From contig JAOMAZ010000002.1 in assembly GCA_028344335.1 (NCBI GenBank), positions 380-64,379 on the forward strand: a stretch of DNA of 64,000 nucleotides. The letters are read 5' to 3'. Within the stretch, counting starts at the first letter, position 1. Each line of letters begins with the position of its first letter. This document shows, in pieces, positions 9,185 through 18,900 of this stretch. The notes beneath the pieces were generated by a model. That model saw nothing but the letters and a program-made list of their open reading frames with translations, was not told where the DNA came from and did no database searches. The stretch comes from Deltaproteobacteria bacterium. GTDB lineage: Archaea > Thermoplasmatota > Poseidoniia > Poseidoniales > Poseidoniaceae. Made by a program: the position numbers and the translations under genes.

Positions 9185-10000
9185 TCAAATGAGGACATTC
9201 ATTTCTTTTTCAGCCTGTCCGAGCCAATGCGTAAACTCCGGCCCATTTTGCAGGCTAATTGCAATATCTCCTTCGAAAACTTCGTCAATATGATAGAGAA
9301 CTGTACTTTCAGCTAGGTGCGGTTTATTATTTTCTGAGGAGAGGTGGCAAAGCACTATGCTTTCGGTTTTATTTGATACAACTTCAGCGAGCAATAGGCC
9401 AGTTTGGTCATTAGATAAGTGCCCCCCCGGACCGCGTATTCTATTCTTCAAGGATGAAGTGTATGAACCTCTCTCTAACCTCAATATGTCATGATTTGAT
9501 TCGATCGATATATGCTTACATCCACGTAGGTGTGAAAGTAATTCATCAGTCCATTCACCCAAGTCTGTTACTACTGCTGCTCTTTCGCCTCTACTGCTAG
9601 CGATGAAACCAACATTATCGGCACCATCGTGAGGAACAGGGACTGGAAGTATTGAGAGGTCATCAGAAAATTCTAACATCTGGAGTGATTCAAATAATTC
9701 CACATCTTTGACCAAGTCTAAACCAAGTGCACCTGCAGTCCTTAAGTTGCAATAAATCGGCACCCCCCATCGCCGGTGGACGATGCCAGCTCCGCCTCCA
9801 TGATCTCCATGGTGATGGGAGATCAACATAGCATCAATATCACTTGGATGGAGGTCTATTCTAGCCAATCTTTTTTCAAGTTCCCTGCCACTAAATCCTT
9901 GGTCGATAAGGATTTTTGCACCCTCGCTTTCGAGTAGGGTCGCATTTCCGCGACTTCCACTTCCAAGATGGGTTATCGATAAAGGCATGTCAACCAACAT
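9185..10000 (-). CDS. Metallo-beta-lactamase-fold hydrolase (YycJ/PhnP-like)
   Basis: It carries the HxHxDH motif ISHHHGDHGGG. Later metal ligands are also present (VPVPHDGADN, LCHLSSENN). Confidence 0.8.
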   Translation of the reverse strand: MLVDMPLSITHLGSGSRGNATLLESEGAKILIDQGFSGRELEKRLARIDLHPSDIDAMLISHHHGDHGGGAGIVHRRWGVPIYCNLRTAGALGLDLVKDVELFESLQMLEFSDDLSILPVPVPHDGADNVGFIASSRGERAAVVTDLGEWTDELLSHLRGCKHISIESNHDILRLERGSYTSSLKNRIRGPGGHLSNDQTGLLLAEVVSNKTESIVLCHLSSENNKPHLAESTVLYHIDEVFEGDIAISLQNGPEFTHWLGQAEKEMNVLI

Positions 10001-10185
10001 ATCGGGGATATGTACAGACCTTCAATTAACCCCTTAGTTTCATTTCTCTCAGCCCAATTTGAGCGTTGTTTATTGAATCTCGAAACATCAAGGACAACTG
10101 ACTTGTATGAACTATGCTCCATCAGTCTCATAAGCGGCTTTGCAGGGTTGCTATGCCTGACGGGGCTCCGTCACGGGTGCTTGAC

Positions 10186-13100
10186 ATGCGACGTAAACAA
10201 ACAACTCTGGTGACTACAGCAGTTTTACTGACCGCTTTGATGCTACTTTCACAGATGCCAACTGTGAGTCAAGTTGAGAATGCTCACCCCGAAGAAACCA
10301 ACCAAGAACCTCCGCCAGTTTCCGATACTGATGGTGATGGAATACCTGATGTTCATGAAAATAACTTTGTAGAATGGATTAATTGGACAACTTCTGATGC
10401 ACGAGATGTATTCATATCGGGACTGGATCGAACGGATGCCAGTGATGCTCCACTTGATTTTGATAATGATGGTTTGAACAATACCGAGGAATATTGTTGG
10501 CCTTACCGCTGGAATTGCACAATTGATGCCAAGGGACTAACGGGGATGCTTGATACCACAACAGGCGAGAGAATCTACCTTGACCCCCGAAAGTCAGATA
10601 GTGATGGCGATGGTCTTCCAGATGGTTTTGAAGTTTACATGTGCGCAACAGCAAGAAATGCCTATAATGCGGAATCAAACCTCTATACTTGTGAAGGTGG
10701 ATTTGATCCATTAAATGGCTCTGATGGTGCACTGGATGCTGATAGAGATGGTTTCGATGTTGACAGAGATGGTATTTACGAGCCTCATGAATGGTTCAAT
10801 AATACTGAAGAATATTCAATGGGTGCTGCCGATAACTGGACTACCGAATTAGATGGATTACGTTGCAGTTATACTCCACCTGAAGGTCCTCGCCAAAATG
10901 ATGATGGAGAATGGCCATACCTCTCATCAAATTGGCCGAATATTAATTGGGCCTGCACTGAAAACTCCACTGCATCTTATGGGGAGGATGTTTGGTTGGG
11001 TACCAATCCTTCCAATGCGGATAGCGATAGGTTTTGGTGGGATGGCTACAATGTTATCGAGTATACAAGCAGCGGAGATGGTTTACCAGATGGGTGGGAA
11101 GTATTCTTTGGAATGGACCCACTGAATAGAACCGATAGACTATTGGACCCAGATGAAGATGGTTGGGACCTTGATAGAGACGGCTTCAAGAGCAAAGATG
11201 TTTCAGGAAAAGACGAAGACCTTGCGGCAGGTGAAGAATTTTCCAACCTTGAAGAATACCAAACATACCTTGATGATGAAAATTGGGTAATTGCCGGCCT
11301 AAAGTCCGTAGTTTCGGGTGCCACAGAAAATAGCCTTCAACAAGTCCCATTATCGAGGGAGTCTGGTGCCTCTGCTTCTTATTCGACCTTACATCATGAT
11401 GTGAAGCGATTATTGAAGGTCAATGATGATACTTTCATCGCAGCCACTAGATTAGGACTCTCGACTATTATGATTGATGAAGAACGTTCTCAAGATTCTT
11501 GGTTACCTACAGGCTGGGAATTGAATGATGCTATTTTAGTTCAAGGAGATGTAGATACCATTGTAATTGCAGCAAATAATGGAATTATAGTAATTCCACT
11601 CGATGCAAATTCAGATCAACCTCTCGCTATTGCTGATTGGGATATAATGGAAGGAGAATCTGCTAATGTTGTTGTGCAAATGCAACAAGATGGAAGCGAT
11701 TCCTATGTTTTATTGGTTGGTTCTACAACCGCAGAAATGTTGAGAGTTTCAACCACAGGTACTGTAATTGGAAGCACAAATACATTCTCAAACTTAACCC
11801 AGACTCTGCAAGATGCAGCAGCAACTCCGACCGCTATAACCCATGTTGTTCACGATGCGAGAAGTCGTCTCTTTGTGGGTACAGACAAGGGTATGTTCGA
11901 AACTTCAGCAATCAGTAGTAGTGATGGTTGGTTATTGGAATCACCGTTTTGGCAATTCAGTGAATCTGATTCTGATGATATGAGAGAGCCTGTGTCTGCC
12001 GCAGTAAAGGGCACATCACGAACCTATGTCAATACAATTGTTGCTGATGGGATTGCCGGTGGAGATCCCGTCATGTTATGGATTGGAACTAATTCAGGAC
12101 TTCATAAATTTGATTTGACTTCTGATATCATTCAACATTCCGGTCTCTTAGCGCATTCTGCTAATCCCGATCACAACCGAAAGGATAGAGCGAACGCAGT
12201 GACCGATGTTCTTCCTCTTGATGGCAAGGTATACGTTGGCTCGAAGGCTGGAATGTGGACATTACAAGGCACCTATGGAAGTATTTGGGGATTGACACTT
12301 CAAGAGAGAATCCCTGGCCATATCAATGACTTGATGGTCATATCAGTAGATGGTGAGAATCGAATATTCGCTGGGGCAAACCCTGGAAGGTTCTCTAATA
12401 TTGCTTTGATAGACCCAGGAAGCAATGACTCTGATTTCGATGGTATTCCCGATGGTTGGGAGTATGTTTACGGTTTAGACCCAACAGACCCTTGGGATGC
12501 AGAACTCGATTTGGATGGCGACGGGGTTAACATGGACCTTGCTCAAGATGCGATGAATGAGAGGAACTGGACTAATCTACTGGAATATCGCTATACTCCA
12601 ATTAGCCCAGAAGGTTGGTACTCAACTGACCCAAGAGACAAGGACAGCGATGATGACGGTTTACCTGATGGTGGTGAGGCATTCGGTTTCTATTTCTCCC
12701 AGTCCAATTTGTGGTGTCATTATCAACCAAATATGTCTTATGATTGTGATGATGAAATAGTTGGCCAACTTGCTAATGCTACTTATCTTGATGGGATGCA
12801 TAGCGATCAGCAATTAGATCCAACCAACAAAGACAGTGATGGAGATGGTATGCCAGATGGTTGGGAAATTGAGCACCGAAGATGGATTGGCTCGAGTTTT
12901 ACTGGTGGCAATAACTGGACCCTTGACCCCTTGCGTGCTGATGATAAATATTGGGATGCAGACTCAGATGGTTTAGCCAATCTCTGTGAATATAATTGGC
13001 AATCATATGTCGAAGAAGGTCTGGCAGGAAATCTTTTAGAAAGCCACGCTGAATCAGCTGAAGGAGCAGCCAATTGGTCTCTTACAGACCCAAACAACCC

Positions 13101-15888
13101 CGATTCAGATGGTGATGGATTACCTGATGGTTGGGAAGCACTATATGAGTGCATTTGGGATGCCTCTAATCTTGGAATCAATCCATTAAATGGCTCTGAT
13201 GCATTCAATAATCCAGATAATGATGGTTATGATGTTAACCATGATGGAATCCTTGATTTTGATGAACAATTAGTTAACTATTTGGAATATCATTTGAAGG
13301 ATACATTATTCCTTGGAAATCAAACCTTTGATGGTGAAGAAATCCCGCAATCATTCAGTAGTAGTCTTTTCAATAATATGTCTGATTGGGGTACTCCTGA
13401 AGTTCCATTTGGAGATTATGTATCCGCATCGGTAACTGTTGGTCAACCTAAGTCTCACTTTGGTTCTTCGAACCCTCTACTTTCTGATACTGATGGCGAT
13501 GGCATGCCTGATGGCTGGGAGGTTTACTTTGCACGTTGGGATTTACTGAGTGATGAATGGATTTTGAATCCCGTTGATGGTACAGATGATAGTGGAGACC
13601 CAGATGATGATGGGATGGCTAATTGGGAAGAATACAATGCTATTGACCCTCTGTTGACTGAAACAAATGCTAATCAATCTGCTCCTCAATGGTTTATGCT
13701 GACATCCGGAAATACTTCGATATTACAAGAATGGAATTCTGCAACTGCGAGCAAAAGCTTTGGTTCATTTATCACCGCTGAACAAATTGCTCTGAAGGGT
13801 TGGACTGCAGACCCCACAGACCCAGATTCTGACGGAGATGGTTATGTTGACGGAATCGAGGCGCTATTCACAAATTGGAATAGCAGTGCTGAAACTTGGA
13901 CACTAAATCCATTAGTCGCAGGAGATGGAAACTTCGATTCTGACAATGACGGCATTACGGATGCTCAGGAATTGAATATCTCATCTTCTCATCCTGATAA
14001 CGGAGTTGATCATCCTGTTGACTCTTGGTTGTTCCATCAAGATGCATTGATTCAAGATCCACTTGGTATTGCAACTCGAATCACCACGATGCTGCTAAGT
14101 AAATCTAACAGGGCAACTCTAGCCTTGGCTCAATTCCAGCACTTTGCTTCCACAAATCAGTCCACACCGTTAACAAATATGTTGTTGACAATAACAGACC
14201 CGAGCAATAATGATACTGACGGAGATAATATGTCTGATGGATTTGAATTCTGGTTCGCAAAGTGGGACCTTTCCTTGAATAGATGGTCAATGAACCCATT
14301 AAGTAACAAAGATGCCGATTTGGATAGTGATGAAGATTCCTGGGATTGTGATCAAAATGGCACCATCGAGGATGATGAACGTTATACAAACATTAGAGAA
14401 TGGGAATCTCTAGTATATGGTCGATATGACCGCAGAATGGGAAATAGTGGATTTGGACACGATGCCGTTGCTGCATTAGTAGCGGATAATTTGACTAGTG
14501 AAGCACAAGCCCGCCTATCTTTGTACAATACGTGGGTAAATAGGGACCAAGAGAGCAGCGACCGAATGGCTAAAATCAATTCATTGGACCCAAATAATTG
14601 GAATAGAAGTTTATTTGGAGTTTCAGACCCAACCTCAAAGGATTCAGATGGGGATTTAATTCCCGATGGTTGGGAATACTGCTATGCTGCTCTCAACATG
14701 ACCGGTTTATCTTCTCCAAACCGCTGGTCTGCAAATCCAATAAATCCTGCTGATGCAGATTATGATGGCGACCAGGATGGATGGTATGACCGAGATTTCA
14801 CTGATATTCCTGCAGCCCAAGGAACTTGGAAGGACAGACAGTTCACACAAAATGGAGTTCAAATAGATGCGGGCGCTAATGATCCAATCAAATTCACAAA
14901 CCTTATGGAATACAGGAATGGTACTCGTCCTGATTTAACTGATTCAGATGGTGATAGTATCATCATGAAGAGAGTTGGAGATCCCCAAGATAACCAAGTG
15001 ACAATCTCCTATGAGTTAGACCTCAACCTTTCCGATGGTCGAGAAGTGTTCAAGTATGGGATGAATCCCAAAGACAATGATTCTGACCATGACTTCCTTC
15101 CAGATTGGTATGAATATCATTATGGTTGGAATGCTGCAAGTTCAAACTGGTCAACATATTCTCCAGTTGCAGTAACATGGGAAGACACGGCTTCTAGTAA
15201 GAAACCACTACACTTTGATTTCGGAACGGGAGAATTGCAAAGACCAATGTTAAGTTCTGTTTGGGTGACATTTAATCCGGCAGATGCAAGTGATGCAAAT
15301 GCGGATTGGGATTTGGATGGCGATTGGGACTGTACTGCAAGTTGTGTATATACTCCATACACAAATTTCCAAGAGTTTTTCATGATAACTGATCCAGCAC
15401 TAAATTCCCCAAATGCGGTTTTACAAGCATCCCTTTCCTACAAGGGTCAGCCTGTTACCGAATGGTGGCAATTTAGGGCATACCTCCTAGACTCTCAAGG
15501 AGCGGACCCTGATGCAACTAATTATTTGCGAATGTACCAGATGCCTGGTGATAATATATTAGCCTACAAACTCAACGATATGGATAGCGACTTCGGGACT
15601 GTGAATGTAGCAGATGACATCTTACTATGCGATGGTTCACGCACTGATTCTTGGGACATTTTCTACACCACTTCTCCTCTCACCCCGCCTGTTTTAAATG
15701 TCAATGAACGGGAATATGGTTGGTGGCATTTCGATCTGGATGGAGACCATACTGCTGAAGGAACAAGCCCTCTAAATTGGGATAGTGATGGCGATTGGAT
15801 GGTTGATTGGTTCGAAGTTAATGACGATGAAGAAGATGGAATTAGAGGTGACGGCTCACCTCTGAGATATGACATCAGGGATCCTTGA
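10186..15888 (+). CDS. Giant secreted protein: more than 20 thrombospondin type 3-like Ca-binding repeats flanking a central beta-propeller
   Basis: A signal peptide follows the ATG at 10186 (MRRKQTTLVTTAVLLTALMLLSQMPTVSQVENA). DxDxDGxxDxxE repeats run throughout (DSDGDGLPDGWE, DSDGDGMPDGWE, DTDGDGIPDVHE and others). The central region (about 11400-12420) has Reg_prop-like blades (LWIGTNSGLHKFD, VYVGSKAGMWTL, LFVGTDKGMFET, IFAGANPGRFSN). No C-terminal TM is present. Confidence 0.85.
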   Translation: MRRKQTTLVTTAVLLTALMLLSQMPTVSQVENAHPEETNQEPPPVSDTDGDGIPDVHENNFVEWINWTTSDARDVFISGLDRTDASDAPLDFDNDGLNNTEEYCWPYRWNCTIDAKGLTGMLDTTTGERIYLDPRKSDSDGDGLPDGFEVYMCATARNAYNAESNLYTCEGGFDPLNGSDGALDADRDGFDVDRDGIYEPHEWFNNTEEYSMGAADNWTTELDGLRCSYTPPEGPRQNDDGEWPYLSSNWPNINWACTENSTASYGEDVWLGTNPSNADSDRFWWDGYNVIEYTSSGDGLPDGWEVFFGMDPLNRTDRLLDPDEDGWDLDRDGFKSKDVSGKDEDLAAGEEFSNLEEYQTYLDDENWVIAGLKSVVSGATENSLQQVPLSRESGASASYSTLHHDVKRLLKVNDDTFIAATRLGLSTIMIDEERSQDSWLPTGWELNDAILVQGDVDTIVIAANNGIIVIPLDANSDQPLAIADWDIMEGESANVVVQMQQDGSDSYVLLVGSTTAEMLRVSTTGTVIGSTNTFSNLTQTLQDAAATPTAITHVVHDARSRLFVGTDKGMFETSAISSSDGWLLESPFWQFSESDSDDMREPVSAAVKGTSRTYVNTIVADGIAGGDPVMLWIGTNSGLHKFDLTSDIIQHSGLLAHSANPDHNRKDRANAVTDVLPLDGKVYVGSKAGMWTLQGTYGSIWGLTLQERIPGHINDLMVISVDGENRIFAGANPGRFSNIALIDPGSNDSDFDGIPDGWEYVYGLDPTDPWDAELDLDGDGVNMDLAQDAMNERNWTNLLEYRYTPISPEGWYSTDPRDKDSDDDGLPDGGEAFGFYFSQSNLWCHYQPNMSYDCDDEIVGQLANATYLDGMHSDQQLDPTNKDSDGDGMPDGWEIEHRRWIGSSFTGGNNWTLDPLRADDKYWDADSDGLANLCEYNWQSYVEEGLAGNLLESHAESAEGAANWSLTDPNNPDSDGDGLPDGWEALYECIWDASNLGINPLNGSDAFNNPDNDGYDVNHDGILDFDEQLVNYLEYHLKDTLFLGNQTFDGEEIPQSFSSSLFNNMSDWGTPEVPFGDYVSASVTVGQPKSHFGSSNPLLSDTDGDGMPDGWEVYFARWDLLSDEWILNPVDGTDDSGDPDDDGMANWEEYNAIDPLLTETNANQSAPQWFMLTSGNTSILQEWNSATASKSFGSFITAEQIALKGWTADPTDPDSDGDGYVDGIEALFTNWNSSAETWTLNPLVAGDGNFDSDNDGITDAQELNISSSHPDNGVDHPVDSWLFHQDALIQDPLGIATRITTMLLSKSNRATLALAQFQHFASTNQSTPLTNMLLTITDPSNNDTDGDNMSDGFEFWFAKWDLSLNRWSMNPLSNKDADLDSDEDSWDCDQNGTIEDDERYTNIREWESLVYGRYDRRMGNSGFGHDAVAALVADNLTSEAQARLSLYNTWVNRDQESSDRMAKINSLDPNNWNRSLFGVSDPTSKDSDGDLIPDGWEYCYAALNMTGLSSPNRWSANPINPADADYDGDQDGWYDRDFTDIPAAQGTWKDRQFTQNGVQIDAGANDPIKFTNLMEYRNGTRPDLTDSDGDSIIMKRVGDPQDNQVTISYELDLNLSDGREVFKYGMNPKDNDSDHDFLPDWYEYHYGWNAASSNWSTYSPVAVTWEDTASSKKPLHFDFGTGELQRPMLSSVWVTFNPADASDANADWDLDGDWDCTASCVYTPYTNFQEFFMITDPALNSPNAVLQASLSYKGQPVTEWWQFRAYLLDSQGADPDATNYLRMYQMPGDNILAYKLNDMDSDFGTVNVADDILLCDGSRTDSWDIFYTTSPLTPPVLNVNEREYGWWHFDLDGDHTAEGTSPLNWDSDGDWMVDWFEVNDDEEDGIRGDGSPLRYDIRDP

Positions 15889-15924
15889 TATTTAATATCT
15901 GAAATTCTAATTCAGCTATATGTT

Positions 15925-18900
15925 ATGGCATTGGATAGGATGATTCAAAGCCCCAGTCATTACCGTAGACAACAGGGAGGCGTTAGCGTGGATGGGAATA
16001 AAAAATCCGCTTTGGCATTTTCTCTTGTAGTATTGATGATAATTTCAATTGGAACGCCTTTGCTCTCTCTAATTCCAGCGGTTGAAGCCGGCAGTGGTTC
16101 CGTTCGTCACATTTACACTTTTAGTGATGGTTCTGTCGAAGCAACTGCTCTCTATCAGGGCTCTTCCCCTGATGCTACCAATAGCATCACTATCCCGAAA
16201 GGGGCTGAAGTCACTGATATTGAAATGACTTTGCAAGGAGCATCAGCAACCGGTTGGTCCCAAGTCGAGTCGCTCGATAGGTCTGATTGGATGAAAGGTG
16301 ATGATAATAATATCGACAAGCGTTCTGACATATTGACATTGGGACTTGATTCTCCAAGTATTGAACTGGAAGGCCATGACCCTATGGAAAATTATGATTT
16401 GAATAATACCGCATGGAGAGATAATGGTAGTTTCGCTTTACGCCAACCTAACACGGGAAACGTATCTGAATCATTATTCGTTCCTCAATCTCAAGTTAGT
16501 GGAAATTCTTTCATGGCCCAAGGTCAAGGTGCAATTTTGAAGAATCATGGTTGGTTATTCATGTCAACATGGAGTGGTACAAACTTTGAGAACATGGTTA
16601 AGCGTTTATGGCCAAATAACGGTAGTGTTGAATCAACAATAACACTTGATAAGGCTAGTTGCACATTACCATCATTACCTACTAGCACCTATTATGCATC
16701 ATATGGGTTTAGAGATTGGACAGTTGCTCCAGGAGAAAAAATGTTTGGCATATTTTCATCATATCGATATCATTATGGTTCAACAGCACCTGTTCAATAT
16801 CATAGAGTATTAGAATTTGATATTCGTTATGACGATATTTGGACTTGCCTTGATTCATATGATATATCTCCACAATTCAGTGATTATACTGGAATTGGCT
16901 ATGACCGAGTAGAAGATTCTATTTGGGTTGCTCATGGAAGTCAAAGGAGATTAGTATCCTATGAGTTTGAAGGAGGCGGACAATTTAATAGAGGTTCTAC
17001 AATGTACACATTTTCAACTACCAGTAGCGGTATTCAGGATTGTGGTAAGAGTGGTGGATTTGTTCGCGGATTGGCAGTACATGATGACATGTTTTGGATG
17101 CGCTGTAAGAAAGGTTCGAGCTCATGGTCAACCACTGATACTCTGAATGCTTGGGCAGTTCCATCTTCTGGAACTCAATTAATTGGTCAAAGCAGTACTC
17201 GTGATATCAATCAACTTGGATATGGGCTAACCTATGATGGAGAACGCCTACATACGGTTGATTGCGGTTATTATTCATGGGGAGGCTCAACCTTATTCTA
17301 TCGTCAATTTGGTTCAGGTATTGCTTATCCATCAACACCTGCTCCTGGAACTTCGACTTGGCTATCAGAGCCAATAACTTCTGAAGAGAATATTCTTGCT
17401 GTAAATATGCAGACTCATTGGTCTGCACCCTCAACGGGAGACCGAGTAGATTTTTGGGTCAGCAGTGATAATGGCACACATTGGGAATCTGTCGAATCAA
17501 ATACCACAATTCACCTTTCAAACCCAGGTAAGATATTGTTGTGGAAGGCGAGGCTAATTGGTTCTAGCGCCGTATCTTGGTGGGTTAGTTTGGAATATGC
17601 AACTGCTTACATGACAACTGGGTCTTGGACATCACCTACTACTCCAACTGGAACTGAAATCGGTTTAGTTAGACCAATTTGGACATCGGATGTTCCGTCT
17701 GAAACTACATTGAAGGTGTTTGTTTCGAATGATAACGGCAGTAACTGGGATGAAGTGCCATCAGATACAGATTGGTCATTTACATCCAATGGTTCTCATC
17801 TCCGATACAGCATCATGCTTGAAACCTCAGATAATACCATCACTCCGAGCATAGACCAATTCATTTTACGATATCAAGAAGCCTTTCCAAACAAAGTTAG
17901 ACTCGATATTGGTGATGATAATACCTGGGACTGGTGGGGATTATCTTTCTTATCTCAAGGCGTAAGTGTGATAGCTAGTGATTCCTCAGTGGTTGGAGAG
18001 GAAGTGGTTAACCAACCTTCTATGGTAAGCGCATTGAATGCTCATATTCCAGCCAATGGAATTGGTAGCGTTGATATTCCAATTGCCATCAGAGCTGAAG
18101 AATCAGGCCGAGTGAAGTTAACTAACCTTGATGTTTCATACAGGATGATGTCTAGAGTATTAGATGCTAGCCTTGATGGTAATACTCTTGCACCTGATGG
18201 CGATTGGAGAACTCTTGAAGTTAGAATTGCAAGAGGTGATGAAGCTGATAGAATAATGAGTGTAAGCACAACTCTTGAGAATAGCCATGGTTCTTCTCCG
18301 GTATTATTTTGGCAATTGGGAGATGCTTGCAGCACTCTAAACGATGGTGATGGAATTTTTGAATTCGATGCAGGTAATTGTTCGTCCTTTGATAATCAAT
18401 ATGGAGTAAAGACAATTCGAATGCCAATAAGGGTTAACTGGAGTTGGGACGATGAAGTTGATATGCAGGCTTTGGTAACTGTTGACGATGACATTGGAAG
18501 AGCGGTTACAAATTGGCAGACTGAAAGTTTGAATTTGAGAGTTGAGAATGATATCCAATTAGATGGCCTGAGGGTGCACGATGCTACTGGAAGAGAATTA
18601 CTTAATTTTGATTGGATGAGAGGTGGTGAAAACATCACCTTTTCTGGAGGAATCCACTTTGAAGGAACCTCCATCAGCCCAGGTGCAGGAGAATTCATCA
18701 TACAAATAAGTGGTCAAAATCTAACTCCGGACGGCGACCCAGATGGGTCATCTGTTATTTTGTATGAAGAGCCTAATCCATCTCATGGGGAGTATAATCT
18801 GACTTTTATTGCGCCTATGGAATCTACCCAAGGCGGAATGTTATTCCAAGTTGCAGTTGTCAATACTAGCATTGGATCTAGTTTTGCCAACCCATATTAC

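Noticed and set aside
12807-13208. Antisense ORFs occur inside the TSP3-repeat gene (e.g. 133 aa with repeated PSGNPSPSESG; also 10412-10732, 11046-11324, 15120-15383).
   Set aside because: They are reverse-complement shadows of the repetitive GAT/GGT-rich DSDGDGxPDGWE codons. The sense frame is a continuous 1900-codon ORF with a signal peptide.
10310-15860. Regularly recurring roughly 36-nt similar units were considered as a possible CRISPR or tandem DNA repeat.
   Set aside because: The repeats are imperfect, irregularly spaced and in-frame coding units for Ca-binding loops. They have no constant-length spacers and no nearby cas genes.
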